Assembly (NCBI GenBank): GCA_030704615.1
Contig: CM060733.1
Span: 1,054,001 to 1,118,000, forward strand
Source of the DNA: Takakia lepidozioides
Taxonomy: Eukaryota > Plantae > Bryophyta
Reading direction: 5' to 3'
Length of the DNA: 64,000 nucleotides
Under the pieces are notes generated by a model. That model saw only the letters and a program-made list of their open reading frames with translations, ran no database searches and was not told the DNA's origin. Positions within the stretch are counted from its first letter, which is position 1. Every line of letters starts with the position of its first letter. Shown piece after piece: positions 47,817-57,100 of this stretch. The translations under genes and the position numbers were made by a program.

Positions 47817-49640
47817 ATGACCAGTCCAACCAGCATAGATGCGCCTTATCATGGGAGGAATAGTGAGGATGTAAATGACTGGCTGGAGAGAATTCAGATG
47901 GAGGCAGATGTCAGGGATTTGAATGAGGACAAAACTTTCAAGGTAGCAAGGCTCAACCTGAGAGCCAAGGCTGATGAATGGTACCGTAAACAAAACCCTA
48001 GACCAAACAACTGGGTGGACTTCAGGGCAGCAATTTCAGCCAAGTTTGGTATCGTTGACTTGGCAGAAATTAGGCTAAGAATGGATACCATTAAACAGGA
48101 GAGTAGACAAAGGGTTCAAACATACTTCGATAGGTTGAACCGGTTATTTATAAGAAGTGGGGCGTCTGATTTGGAACAGAGGCGTAGATTTGCAGCAGGT
48201 TTGAGACCAGAAATAGCAAGAGTAATGCTGGGCAGGCGCTTCCTTGATGTAGAGGAAGCACTTGACACAGCCATTGAGATTGAAAGGGGCCTGGGAAAGT
48301 TAGGGGAAATACCTCTAGAACCATTGGAAGGAGATGATACAGATGAGTCAGTTGTGTTTGTCAACCCTGTGGACAGAAGACTTGATCAGCTGAACACTAC
48401 CCTACAGAAGTACTTTGATAGGGGACCAGTCATAGGAGAAAGCTCGGGATCTAGAACACCACCTCGTGTTCGCCTTTGTAATGTTTGTCACAAAGAAGGT
48501 CACATAGCTGCATATTGTCCTGAAGGAAGAACCCCAGCTAAGTGTGACAAATGTCACCGGTTCGGGCATTCCACGGAAATGTGTGGTGTGAGATGCAACT
48601 TTTGCAAGCTACTCGGGCATACGGAGAGTGAGTGCAGTAGAAAACTCGACCAAACTATGATGGGAACTCCGGGAACTAACTTTGTAGACGTGTTCTATGA
48701 TGATGAGGATGATGTACTCGCAGAGATGACAGATCTGATGTCACGAAATAGTATCAATGAAGTCAGACTTCCAAGGACACGCATACCTGTCCAGAGTCCG
48801 ATTGTTGAACCTACAGGGTCACCAGAAAGGAATAGTGAGAGCAGTGAACAGCCAAGCAAGACCAAGAGTGAAATCTACCCAAAGAACAATTTCAAGAATG
48901 CTATAGAAGGAGGTACGAAATCCAGAATCTTGAACCACTTCTACAAAGGGAGAATATCGTTGTCGCCCATGGACCTGATCATGACTGTGCCCGGAGAGCT
49001 AGACAAATTGAAAGGGCTGGTCAAAGTGGTGGAAAGAGCAATGGTACAACAAAGGGAGACAACTCACAGTGTAGAAGTTGTGAAGGATGTACCAAGGCCT
49101 TTGTACTCAGCACACGCTGAGCCCACGATCTCGTATGCTTATACTGGTAAGGTTAAAGCGCTTCATGTAATGATTACAATGGGAGATTACCAAGTATTAG
49201 GCCAGATTGACACTGGTGCCATGCTTTCTGTAATATCAGCTAGTACAGTCAGGGATCTGGGTTTGATGGGATCTGTCATTACTAGTAAGGATGTGAATTA
49301 CAGAGTAGCCTCAGGTGCTCTTGAGACTGCAATGGGCAGACTTGAGGACATCAAGGTCAAAGTAGGAGAACTAACCAATCGTTTGTCCTTTATGGTGGTG
49401 AACACGGATACATATCACATGCTGCTAGGATTGGACTTTCTCAAAAAGTTTGGCGCTGTAGTGGACACCGAAGCTGAAACAATTCGCGTACGCTATGGGC
49501 CAGGAAAGGATTTTGCTCACTTCCCTTTACACACCATCAATTATAATGAGCCTGCAGTTACCAAAACAGCCTACCATAGAGGGGTCGAGAGTAGAATGAG
49601 ATATGCAAGCAGTACGTCAGCAGGTAATGTCCTAACCTGA
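47817..49640 (+). CDS. gag: Gag-protease polyprotein with three CCHC zinc knuckles
   Basis: Retrotransposon gag (WVDFRAAISAKF, KQESRQRVQTY, FAAGLRPE); CNVCHKEGHIAAYC, CDKCHRFGHSTEMC, CNFCKLLGHTESEC; aspartic protease IDTGA...LLGLDFL. Confidence 0.92.
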   Translation: MTSPTSIDAPYHGRNSEDVNDWLERIQMEADVRDLNEDKTFKVARLNLRAKADEWYRKQNPRPNNWVDFRAAISAKFGIVDLAEIRLRMDTIKQESRQRVQTYFDRLNRLFIRSGASDLEQRRRFAAGLRPEIARVMLGRRFLDVEEALDTAIEIERGLGKLGEIPLEPLEGDDTDESVVFVNPVDRRLDQLNTTLQKYFDRGPVIGESSGSRTPPRVRLCNVCHKEGHIAAYCPEGRTPAKCDKCHRFGHSTEMCGVRCNFCKLLGHTESECSRKLDQTMMGTPGTNFVDVFYDDEDDVLAEMTDLMSRNSINEVRLPRTRIPVQSPIVEPTGSPERNSESSEQPSKTKSEIYPKNNFKNAIEGGTKSRILNHFYKGRISLSPMDLIMTVPGELDKLKGLVKVVERAMVQQRETTHSVEVVKDVPRPLYSAHAEPTISYAYTGKVKALHVMITMGDYQVLGQIDTGAMLSVISASTVRDLGLMGSVITSKDVNYRVASGALETAMGRLEDIKVKVGELTNRLSFMVVNTDTYHMLLGLDFLKKFGAVVDTEAETIRVRYGPGKDFAHFPLHTINYNEPAVTKTAYHRGVESRMRYASSTSAGNVLT

Positions 49641-49663
49641 CGTCAGATGAACAGTACCTAGGC

Positions 49664-52600
49664 TTGTGGGAGAAGAAAAGAAAACCAGAGGAAGAATATG
49701 AGGACACGGAGGAAGCATCCTCAGGTTCTGACACCTCTAAATCTGATAAAGATGAGGAGATGGGAGGCTCTGAGGAGAGTAAGGAGGTAGAAACAGCACT
49801 GAGGGATGTTGAGGAAATAATAGACGATGTCAACCTAGGGGAGGACTTGTTCGAGGACCAAGGGATGTCTGAACTCCTTCAGGAAGAGACCCATAAGAGC
49901 ATGGCTGCTGCCATAATACAGGAAGCTTATCAGAAAGCTTGGAATGGTGAACTAGGGAACAACAACCTAGAAATAGAGGATGACTTCCATGATTGGAATC
50001 AGGTTGTCACACAAGAGGAACGACAGAGAATGGCTCACTCTGTAAGCCAGGTGGAGGGAAAGAATTGGGAACCCAGTCAAGAGGAAGAAATGGAGAGTCG
50101 TTGGAGAAGTCTGAAATCCAGACTGCACATCAACCCAGAACTGGCCCCAGAACATAGGATAGAGCTTGAGCAAGAGCTGAAAGCAAACCAGGAATGCTTT
50201 GCTCTTAGCAAGGCTGACTTGGGATACTGCAGTGAGGTAGAACACACAATTGACACACAAGGTTTTCCCCCTTGCAGAAGTCGTCCCAGCCGCCTATCAG
50301 AATGGGAGGAAGACGAGGTCCAAGGACAAATTGAGACTTTGATCTCACAAGGCAAGATGAGAGAGAGTAGTTCAGAATGGTCGTGTCCAGTTACCCTTCC
50401 ACCAAAAAAGGATGGATCCAAGCGGTTTTGTGGTGATTTTAGGCCAGTAAACCGTTTGACCAGAAGGGACTCTTACCCTATGCCATTAATTCAGGATGTT
50501 TTAAACCAGTTGGGGAAAGCCAAGTGGTTTTCTGCGCTGGATTTACAATCTGGTTTTTGGCAGATCAAAATGGACGACCGAGACATAGGCAAAACAGCAG
50601 TGATCACAAAGAAGGGATTGTATGAATGGCTAGTCATGCCATTCGGGCTAAAAAATGCCACTGCTACCTTTCAGAGAACAATGAATAGAGTGCTCAAGGA
50701 AGAAATCAAAGATTGCGCTAAGGTTTTTGTAGATGACGTCAATATCCATAGCAAGGACTGGGGAGATCACGTGGGACATATAAAGAGAGTATTGAGCAAG
50801 GTTAGAAAGGCCAATCTTAGGCTCAATCCGGACAAGTGTTACTTTGCCAACTTACAGTTGGTATTCCTTGGGCATGTGATCTCTGAAGAGGGAACGTGGC
50901 CTGATCCAGATAAGATAGCTGCTATTGAAAGGTTTCCCTTGCCCAAAAACCACACTGCTCTCAAAAGCTACTTAGGCATGACAGGGTACTATAGGCCCTA
51001 TGTCAAAGGATATGCTGGAGTGGCAGTACCCTTGTTCACTCTAACCAAGAAGGATGTGAAGTTTATCTGGAGTGCAGAGGCACAAAACGCCTTTTCTGCC
51101 TTACAGGTGAAGTTGGTAACTGCTCCCATCCTGGCAAGACCAGATTTCTCAAGACCGTTCGTCTTAGATGTTGACTGGTCCATCAAAGGAGTAGGGGCAG
51201 TCTTGTCGCAAAAGGAGTATAAAAAGGAGAGGGTCATTGCATACGCCAGTAAGGTACTATCTGATGCTCAGCGCAAATATCACCCTATGGAAGGTGAATG
51301 CTATGCCCTGGTGTGGGGAGTATTACACTTTCGGCAGTACCTGTATGGAACCCCTTTTGTAATCAGGACTGATCACAAACCACTGGAGTGGTTGGCAACG
51401 GTAAGTGACGCATATGGACGCAGGGGTAGATGGATCATGATGTTACAAGATTTTGAGTTTAAAATTGTTCACAGAGCAGGTGCTAGGCATGCTAACGTAG
51501 ATGCACTAAGCAGGTATCCAGTGGGACCAGCTGAGGAAACCGAGGAAATCGAGGTATACTCTACTTCTCTGTACAGTCAGAAAAGAGAAGGGAGAAAGAG
51601 GGATGGAGCCTATCTTCTTAAGCTAGCTTGGGATAGGGGTGCCATCAATGCTTCGTTATTTCAATTTAAGGAGGGGAAGGAGGAGTTGAGAGAAGAAGCT
51701 CATAGGCAAGTAGGGTATAGCAGTGAAAAAGGGGAGATGATTTGCAAAAGAGAAGAGTACTATGCATGTGTATGGGGCCTTTGGCACTTCAAGAAAATAC
51801 TGTTGGGAAGTCATTTTTCTTTGGAAACAGATCTAGATCCATATTGGTGGCTATACTCAGAGCACCACATAGGCATAGACTTACTTGGTGACTTTTCATT
51901 TGAGTTCGTTCCGGGCATAGTAAGATCTTCCACAGATGGAATGTTGACCAAGGATCATGGAATATTGAAGGGAGAACTGAAACCAGGCACAATGCCAGAT
52001 GGAGAAGGAAAGAGGGTGACTTTTGCTGCACAGATTTTTGCTAAAAAAAAAAAACAAGGAAAGGGTATTGATCAATCAAGCTCTGTCAATCTGGTGAGGG
52101 AGGGTATTTGGAAGGATAAGGGTGCAGGAAGGATAGAGGCTACTGCAATCAGCAACAAGGAAAGGGAGCATCTGATGCCCTCTTGTCCCACCATCCATAT
52201 GATTACCCGAGGATCTCGTGCTCGTGATAAGGAGCTAAGCGAGGTACATCCAGCCTGTGAACTTGTGGAAGAGAGATCGAACAATGAAAAGGGAAGCTTG
52301 CAAGAGACACCATTCCTTCAACACTTGACAAGCACTCCAACAACAAGAAGAACGCGGGTGACTTCCTCATCAGAATACCCAGCCAAGGAAAACATGGGGG
52401 GTGAGTGTTCCACCAAGACGTTTTGTTCTTCAGACAGTGATGGAACAAGTGGTTCAGGACAAGACACTTCTTCTTGCAACAAGATTGATGAAGGGGACTG
52501 GGTACCATGGACCGCACCCACCAAAGCTACTCAGATGTCATTATTACGTGAGGCTGAAAGATGGGGGAAAAGCTCTCTCATCAGCTCTGACCATCATACA

Positions 52601-53935
52601 GCAGCTGTTAAGGAGGAAAGGCAACCTGATGTGCTTGATGATGTGGAAGTCATGCACCTCTTATGTTTTGGAGAAGTCAATGACTACCTGACAAAAGAGG
52701 AGAGCAAGAGAGCCAAGAGGCGGGCAAGGCAGTACTCCTATCTCAAAGGTGAGGTCTACTTTGATGGAAGGGTAGTTCCACCAAGAACTGACAGAGCGGC
52801 AATAATCACTGAAGTACATGAAGCCACTGGCCACTTTGGAGTCAGAAGAACACAAGAAGAGATATGCCGACGTTATTTCTGGCATGATAGAACAAAACTC
52901 ATCAGGCAAGTACTCAAGGGCTGTGGTAAATGTCAACTGGCCAAACAGAACGGAGTGTTGCGCTCAGGTAGCTCAAAACTTCACAGCATTCCAGTAGTGG
53001 ATCTGTTTTTCAGAGTTGCAATTGACACGGCAGGACCATTACCTATAACCAGCAGGGGCAATCAGTACTTTCTGGTGGCAATCGATCACTTCTCAAAATG
53101 GATAGAAGCTGCACCAGTGGCAGATCATACAGCAGCCCTTGCTGCCCGCTTTCTTGAGGAAGAAGTAATTGACAGGTATAGCTGCCCACATACGTTGCTC
53201 ACTGACAATGGCACAGAGTGGGGAGGTGAGTTTGAAGATACATGCCACGAATACGGTATAAAGAGGGAGCATAGCGCCCCCTACTGGCCTCAGTGTAACG
53301 GCATGGTGGAAAGGGTCATTAAGTCTCTCAAACAGAGTATCACCACCCTAGGAGTTGGAAACGACACTGAGTGGGATCAGAATCTCTATAAGGCCCTGTT
53401 TGGCTACAGAATGGGTGTCCATGCTTCCACTGGATTCTCACCTTTTCAGGTACTTACTGGTAGGATTCCCAGGCTGGGAATTGACAACAGGTTACATTTT
53501 CTTACAACACCAGTCAATTCTGATGGATCTGTAGCAGAGGTCACACTTATGATGCAGAAGAAAATCCAGCTTCTCACAGAGATGAAGGCAAGGCTACGAA
53601 AGAGTGTGAAGAAAGGGCAGCGTCAACAGGCAAGAGATTATGAAAGAAGGCATCAAACAGGGCATACCTACTGCACGTTGATGGAAAACAGCAAGGTAAT
53701 GATGTTGAGGCCTGGAAAGAGGTCTTCCATGACATCTCCATGGGAGGGACCCTATGACTTTTTGGGATACAAGGATGCAGGAAGCACAACCAAGACAGGA
53801 GAAGCTGCACGAAGATGCAGGTTGAGAGATGGAGCAGACAAGGAATGGGTAAGGAGTAGGAGGGATTTAAAACCCTTCATACCACCAATAGGTGTTCAGC
53901 CGTTAAAGGTGGTCAGTGAGGACCCTGACACTTAA
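49664..53935 (+). CDS. pol: Pol: RT, RNase H, partial second RNase H, linker, integrase (separate frame from gag-pro)
   Basis: KKDGSKRFCGDFR, LDLQSGFWQI, MPFGLKNA, FVDD, DVDWS...TDHKPL, HEATGH..CGKC, IDTAGPLP, TDNGTE, NGMVER, WEGPY. Confidence 0.95.
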   Translation: MWEKKRKPEEEYEDTEEASSGSDTSKSDKDEEMGGSEESKEVETALRDVEEIIDDVNLGEDLFEDQGMSELLQEETHKSMAAAIIQEAYQKAWNGELGNNNLEIEDDFHDWNQVVTQEERQRMAHSVSQVEGKNWEPSQEEEMESRWRSLKSRLHINPELAPEHRIELEQELKANQECFALSKADLGYCSEVEHTIDTQGFPPCRSRPSRLSEWEEDEVQGQIETLISQGKMRESSSEWSCPVTLPPKKDGSKRFCGDFRPVNRLTRRDSYPMPLIQDVLNQLGKAKWFSALDLQSGFWQIKMDDRDIGKTAVITKKGLYEWLVMPFGLKNATATFQRTMNRVLKEEIKDCAKVFVDDVNIHSKDWGDHVGHIKRVLSKVRKANLRLNPDKCYFANLQLVFLGHVISEEGTWPDPDKIAAIERFPLPKNHTALKSYLGMTGYYRPYVKGYAGVAVPLFTLTKKDVKFIWSAEAQNAFSALQVKLVTAPILARPDFSRPFVLDVDWSIKGVGAVLSQKEYKKERVIAYASKVLSDAQRKYHPMEGECYALVWGVLHFRQYLYGTPFVIRTDHKPLEWLATVSDAYGRRGRWIMMLQDFEFKIVHRAGARHANVDALSRYPVGPAEETEEIEVYSTSLYSQKREGRKRDGAYLLKLAWDRGAINASLFQFKEGKEELREEAHRQVGYSSEKGEMICKREEYYACVWGLWHFKKILLGSHFSLETDLDPYWWLYSEHHIGIDLLGDFSFEFVPGIVRSSTDGMLTKDHGILKGELKPGTMPDGEGKRVTFAAQIFAKKKKQGKGIDQSSSVNLVREGIWKDKGAGRIEATAISNKEREHLMPSCPTIHMITRGSRARDKELSEVHPACELVEERSNNEKGSLQETPFLQHLTSTPTTRRTRVTSSSEYPAKENMGGECSTKTFCSSDSDGTSGSGQDTSSCNKIDEGDWVPWTAPTKATQMSLLREAERWGKSSLISSDHHTAAVKEERQPDVLDDVEVMHLLCFGEVNDYLTKEESKRAKRRARQYSYLKGEVYFDGRVVPPRTDRAAIITEVHEATGHFGVRRTQEEICRRYFWHDRTKLIRQVLKGCGKCQLAKQNGVLRSGSSKLHSIPVVDLFFRVAIDTAGPLPITSRGNQYFLVAIDHFSKWIEAAPVADHTAALAARFLEEEVIDRYSCPHTLLTDNGTEWGGEFEDTCHEYGIKREHSAPYWPQCNGMVERVIKSLKQSITTLGVGNDTEWDQNLYKALFGYRMGVHASTGFSPFQVLTGRIPRLGIDNRLHFLTTPVNSDGSVAEVTLMMQKKIQLLTEMKARLRKSVKKGQRQQARDYERRHQTGHTYCTLMENSKVMMLRPGKRSSMTSPWEGPYDFLGYKDAGSTTKTGEAARRCRLRDGADKEWVRSRRDLKPFIPPIGVQPLKVVSEDPDT

Positions 53936-53945
53936 AAAAAGGAGG
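53934..53945 (+). promoter_or_regulatory. Polypurine tract, separated from the 3' LTR TG by 11 nt (CACACTACATA)
   Basis: AAAAAAAGGAGG then cacactacata then tgtagtgtg. Confidence 0.8.
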
Positions 53946-53956
53946 CACACTACATA

Positions 53957-56332
53957 TGTAGTGTGAGTGCAGGGGGTAAAAATTTCAAGTTTTTGTTTGG
54001 CCTTAGGTTTCGGCACTACTACAAAGGGAGTGCCCTTCGTGCTGATGAAGGGGAGGAATTGTCCATAACTTGAGGTAATTCCATGGAAAGACTATGTTAT
54101 ATATCTGCCAGGAACAAAATATGGCTAAGTTATGACATGCGCCTTTTTCATCCCTAGGATGAATGATTTTCATCCATGATGTTGAACCCTAGAAGCAGGA
54201 TGTGAAATTCGAAGGGGAAGAGTGCGTGTATCTTTTCGCAGCTGCTGCAGTGGTGTTGGCAGCACAGGATATCTGAGAAAGTTCCACCTACGCAAAGGGT
54301 ATCAGCTTGCTTTTAAGAGAAATGTTAAGAGCTCCTGCTTGGCTTTCTGTGCAAGAAGAGTGCGTGTATCTTTTCGCAGCTGCTGCAGTGGTGCTGGCAG
54401 CACATGATATCTGAGAAAGTTCCACCTACGCAAAGGGTATCAGCTTGCTTTTAAGAGAAATGTTAAGAGCTCCTGCTTGGCTTTCTGTGCAAGAAGAGTG
54501 CGTGTATCTTTTCGCAGCTGCTGCAGTGGTGCTGGCAGCACATGATATCTGAGAAAGTTCCACCTACGCAAAGGGTATCAGCTTGCTTTTAAGAGAAATG
54601 TTAAGAGCTCCTGCTTGGCTTTCTGTGCAAGAAGAATCGGTGCCGCCTTCTTCGTAAGCAATGATCAAACCAGAGGGATCAGGTTTGTGACAAGGGCGGT
54701 GCACCACTGCTGTCGCCATTGTCTTGATGAGCACATTAATGAGGAGATGGAGCGGCTCAGCAGGTGTTGGGAGATGAGAAATATAGGCTGGTGTGTATAG
54801 CGCCTCAGGTTATCTGTGATCAAATCTAGTAGCTGCTGTCTGTTTCTGAGCTTTAGGACCGGATCACTTTGTAAAAGAATCAGCTTGCCTTAAAGAGCGA
54901 CGTTAAGGGATCTGGCTTGGCATTCTGTGCAAGAGGAAGCGGTGCCGCCTTCTGGTGTGTATGGCGCTTAAGCTATCTATAATTAAGTTTTGTATCTGCT
55001 CTCTGTCTTAAAGGCTGTAGGACCAGATCACTTCATAGGGAAGGAATGCACATGTAGAAGGATAGGGTAGAGGTTGGCAGACACAAGGATGTGCCAGCAG
55101 CTGAAGCAGAGCCGTCATGCCTTAATGAGGACTGGAATCACGATAAGAAGAGACGTCGGAAATGGCTGACGAGGGAGAGGACAAGGTGTCTTCGTGACAG
55201 GCAGACCCACCGCCTCAATGAGTATAAGACAGATAAGTTTGAAGAGTGGCTCTCTCTTTTTGGTGACTTAGAAATCGCTTTGTGAAGTTTTGGACGGTCT
55301 CTTGTATGTAGTAAGAGACACTGACATGTGAGGAAGAAAAAGAGCTTTGGAAAAGGAATGAAGACACTGGACTTCAAACCAGGATGGACTGGAGATGGAT
55401 GCACCTGCTGTTACATTGTATAGTAGGAAAAATGAATGGAAACAGGGTTGATTCGTTGCTGGGACAGAATGGTTGCTGCTGTTGTATTCTTGTTCCTTGT
55501 TTCAGCGTCGTGAGCTTGTACAAACAATCTGGCCTGGGATGTTGACACATTGCAGTCAATGTGGAACTAGCTTGGTAGGTAGAGGAAACCAGTGAGAGTT
55601 AGATAGAACTGTTTGGGCAAATGGCTGCACCTGGGAAAAGGGGAGTGTGAAGCATCTGTCATTGGCAAGAGAGGGACTGATAAAAGGGTTGATTATATCT
55701 TGTGTGACCAAGGTTGATTTCAATGCTGGGTGCACTGGATGCTTGGCTGAATGCGCATTACATTGCATCATAGACATGCTACAGTGGAAAGAGTGAGGAA
55801 CATAAGGGAGAGAGCTGACCAGCAAGAGGGGATGGAGAGGAATGGATGATTGGGGCGGTAAGATAAAGAAAGCATGAACCCATGAAGGGCCAAACTGGTG
55901 GGCCTGCAACTCATGGCAGATCTGAGTTGCCTCCTTCCAAATCGTGATCTTATTACAAAGGGGATTCCACTTGTTGCTGACCAAGGGAGCTGCCCACAAG
56001 GGCAGTGGTCATCACTGACGTAGGGCTGGTTGCATCACTGAAGACAGCATGGTAACATGGCTGGTGCAGTGTACCAGGGAGAGGATGTCGTGTAGAAGTA
56101 GAATCACGGGTGAAAACAATACAGACTCCCCATCCATGTCTTCTCTTCCGCTGCGGCGTGGATGAGGATTGTGTGAACTCTGATCATGAAGGACCTGAGG
56201 GAAACCCACACCGAGTGATGCTGGTTGGATCACCTGAGAGGAGAGCTCCTTTCCTTCCTTACAATCAACCTGGGGAGGAACACAACTAGACTTGCACAGA
56301 AGGGGATTCACGCCCTTTCTTTTCACACTACA
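53957..56332 (+). repeat. 3' LTR, carrying a terminal TCACACTACA absent from the 5' LTR
   Basis: ...cgccctttcttt-t-cacactaca|gagg. Confidence 0.95.
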
Positions 56333-57100
56333 GAGGGACTCTGAGGGGAGAGCTGAAAAACGGCTAAGTACTAGCCGCACAGACCGCAAATTGCGGAGCT
56401 CCATCCCCCGTCCCTCCCCTAACTTCAGAAAGGAATGTTTTATTAGTTTTATTACACACACATCCAAAGAGCCACATGAAATTTCTGTAACATTCACTTA
56501 GAATTGAAAAATAAAAAAGCCTCCTCCGAAACCCCCCCAGCCACAAACCCTTCATGCTTTCCATCCTGCCTGTCGTGTTCTCGTTGATTTTCCACCGTTA
56601 CAATAATTTATTCAATTGGTGTGTCTTTGGGGCAGCTTTTCCATATTTCAGAAGGCCTCAAAAGTCTCAAAATACACAAACTAGTCCTCATAGCTAACAT
56701 ACCAAGGACATTTCCCCCTCTCTCACACACCCAACTTTTCTACTCTACAAAATTGCCTTGAAACCCATACTCCACGACATCCAACGAAAACTAGTTGGCA
56801 GAAGCTTTTAGCTTTAAGGACCCTTACTGTTTGGCAGCTTCATCTTTAGTCATAAAGTTTCTTCCGATCTTCTTTTGTTCTTTCAACCTTCAGTTCCCAC
56901 CGATTTGTGCATACGCATACTTTCATCCTTACAGTGCAAAAACCCAGAATGACATCCTTCCCCACTCGCTTGGGCAGACACACCTTTATCACTACAAAAT
57001 GGCTCCAAATTGCCACTCTTCTGTCTTTCACACAAACTAGTCTCAGTAACCACAAGGCCCGAGGTATCCTCCCTGCACTTTCTAAAGGTTGTGCAGGGAC

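Larger units (their letters stand above)
44963..56332 (+). mobile_element. Nearly intact, young Ty3/gypsy LTR retrotransposon (no chromodomain), 4-bp TSD GAGG
   Basis: TGTAGTGTG...CACACTACA termini; GAGG at 44959-44962 and 56333-56336; two ~2.4-kb near-identical LTRs, PBS, PPT, open gag-pro and RT-RH-INT. Confidence 0.95.

Noticed and set aside
53480-53935. Chromodomain or env gene
   Set aside because: The integrase ends shortly after the GPY motif and is followed directly by the PPT.
44963-56332. DIRS/Ngaro tyrosine-recombinase element as an explanation of the permuted ends
   Set aside because: Pol has a protease partner, an HHCC/DDE integrase and a TSD; no tyrosine recombinase motif was seen.
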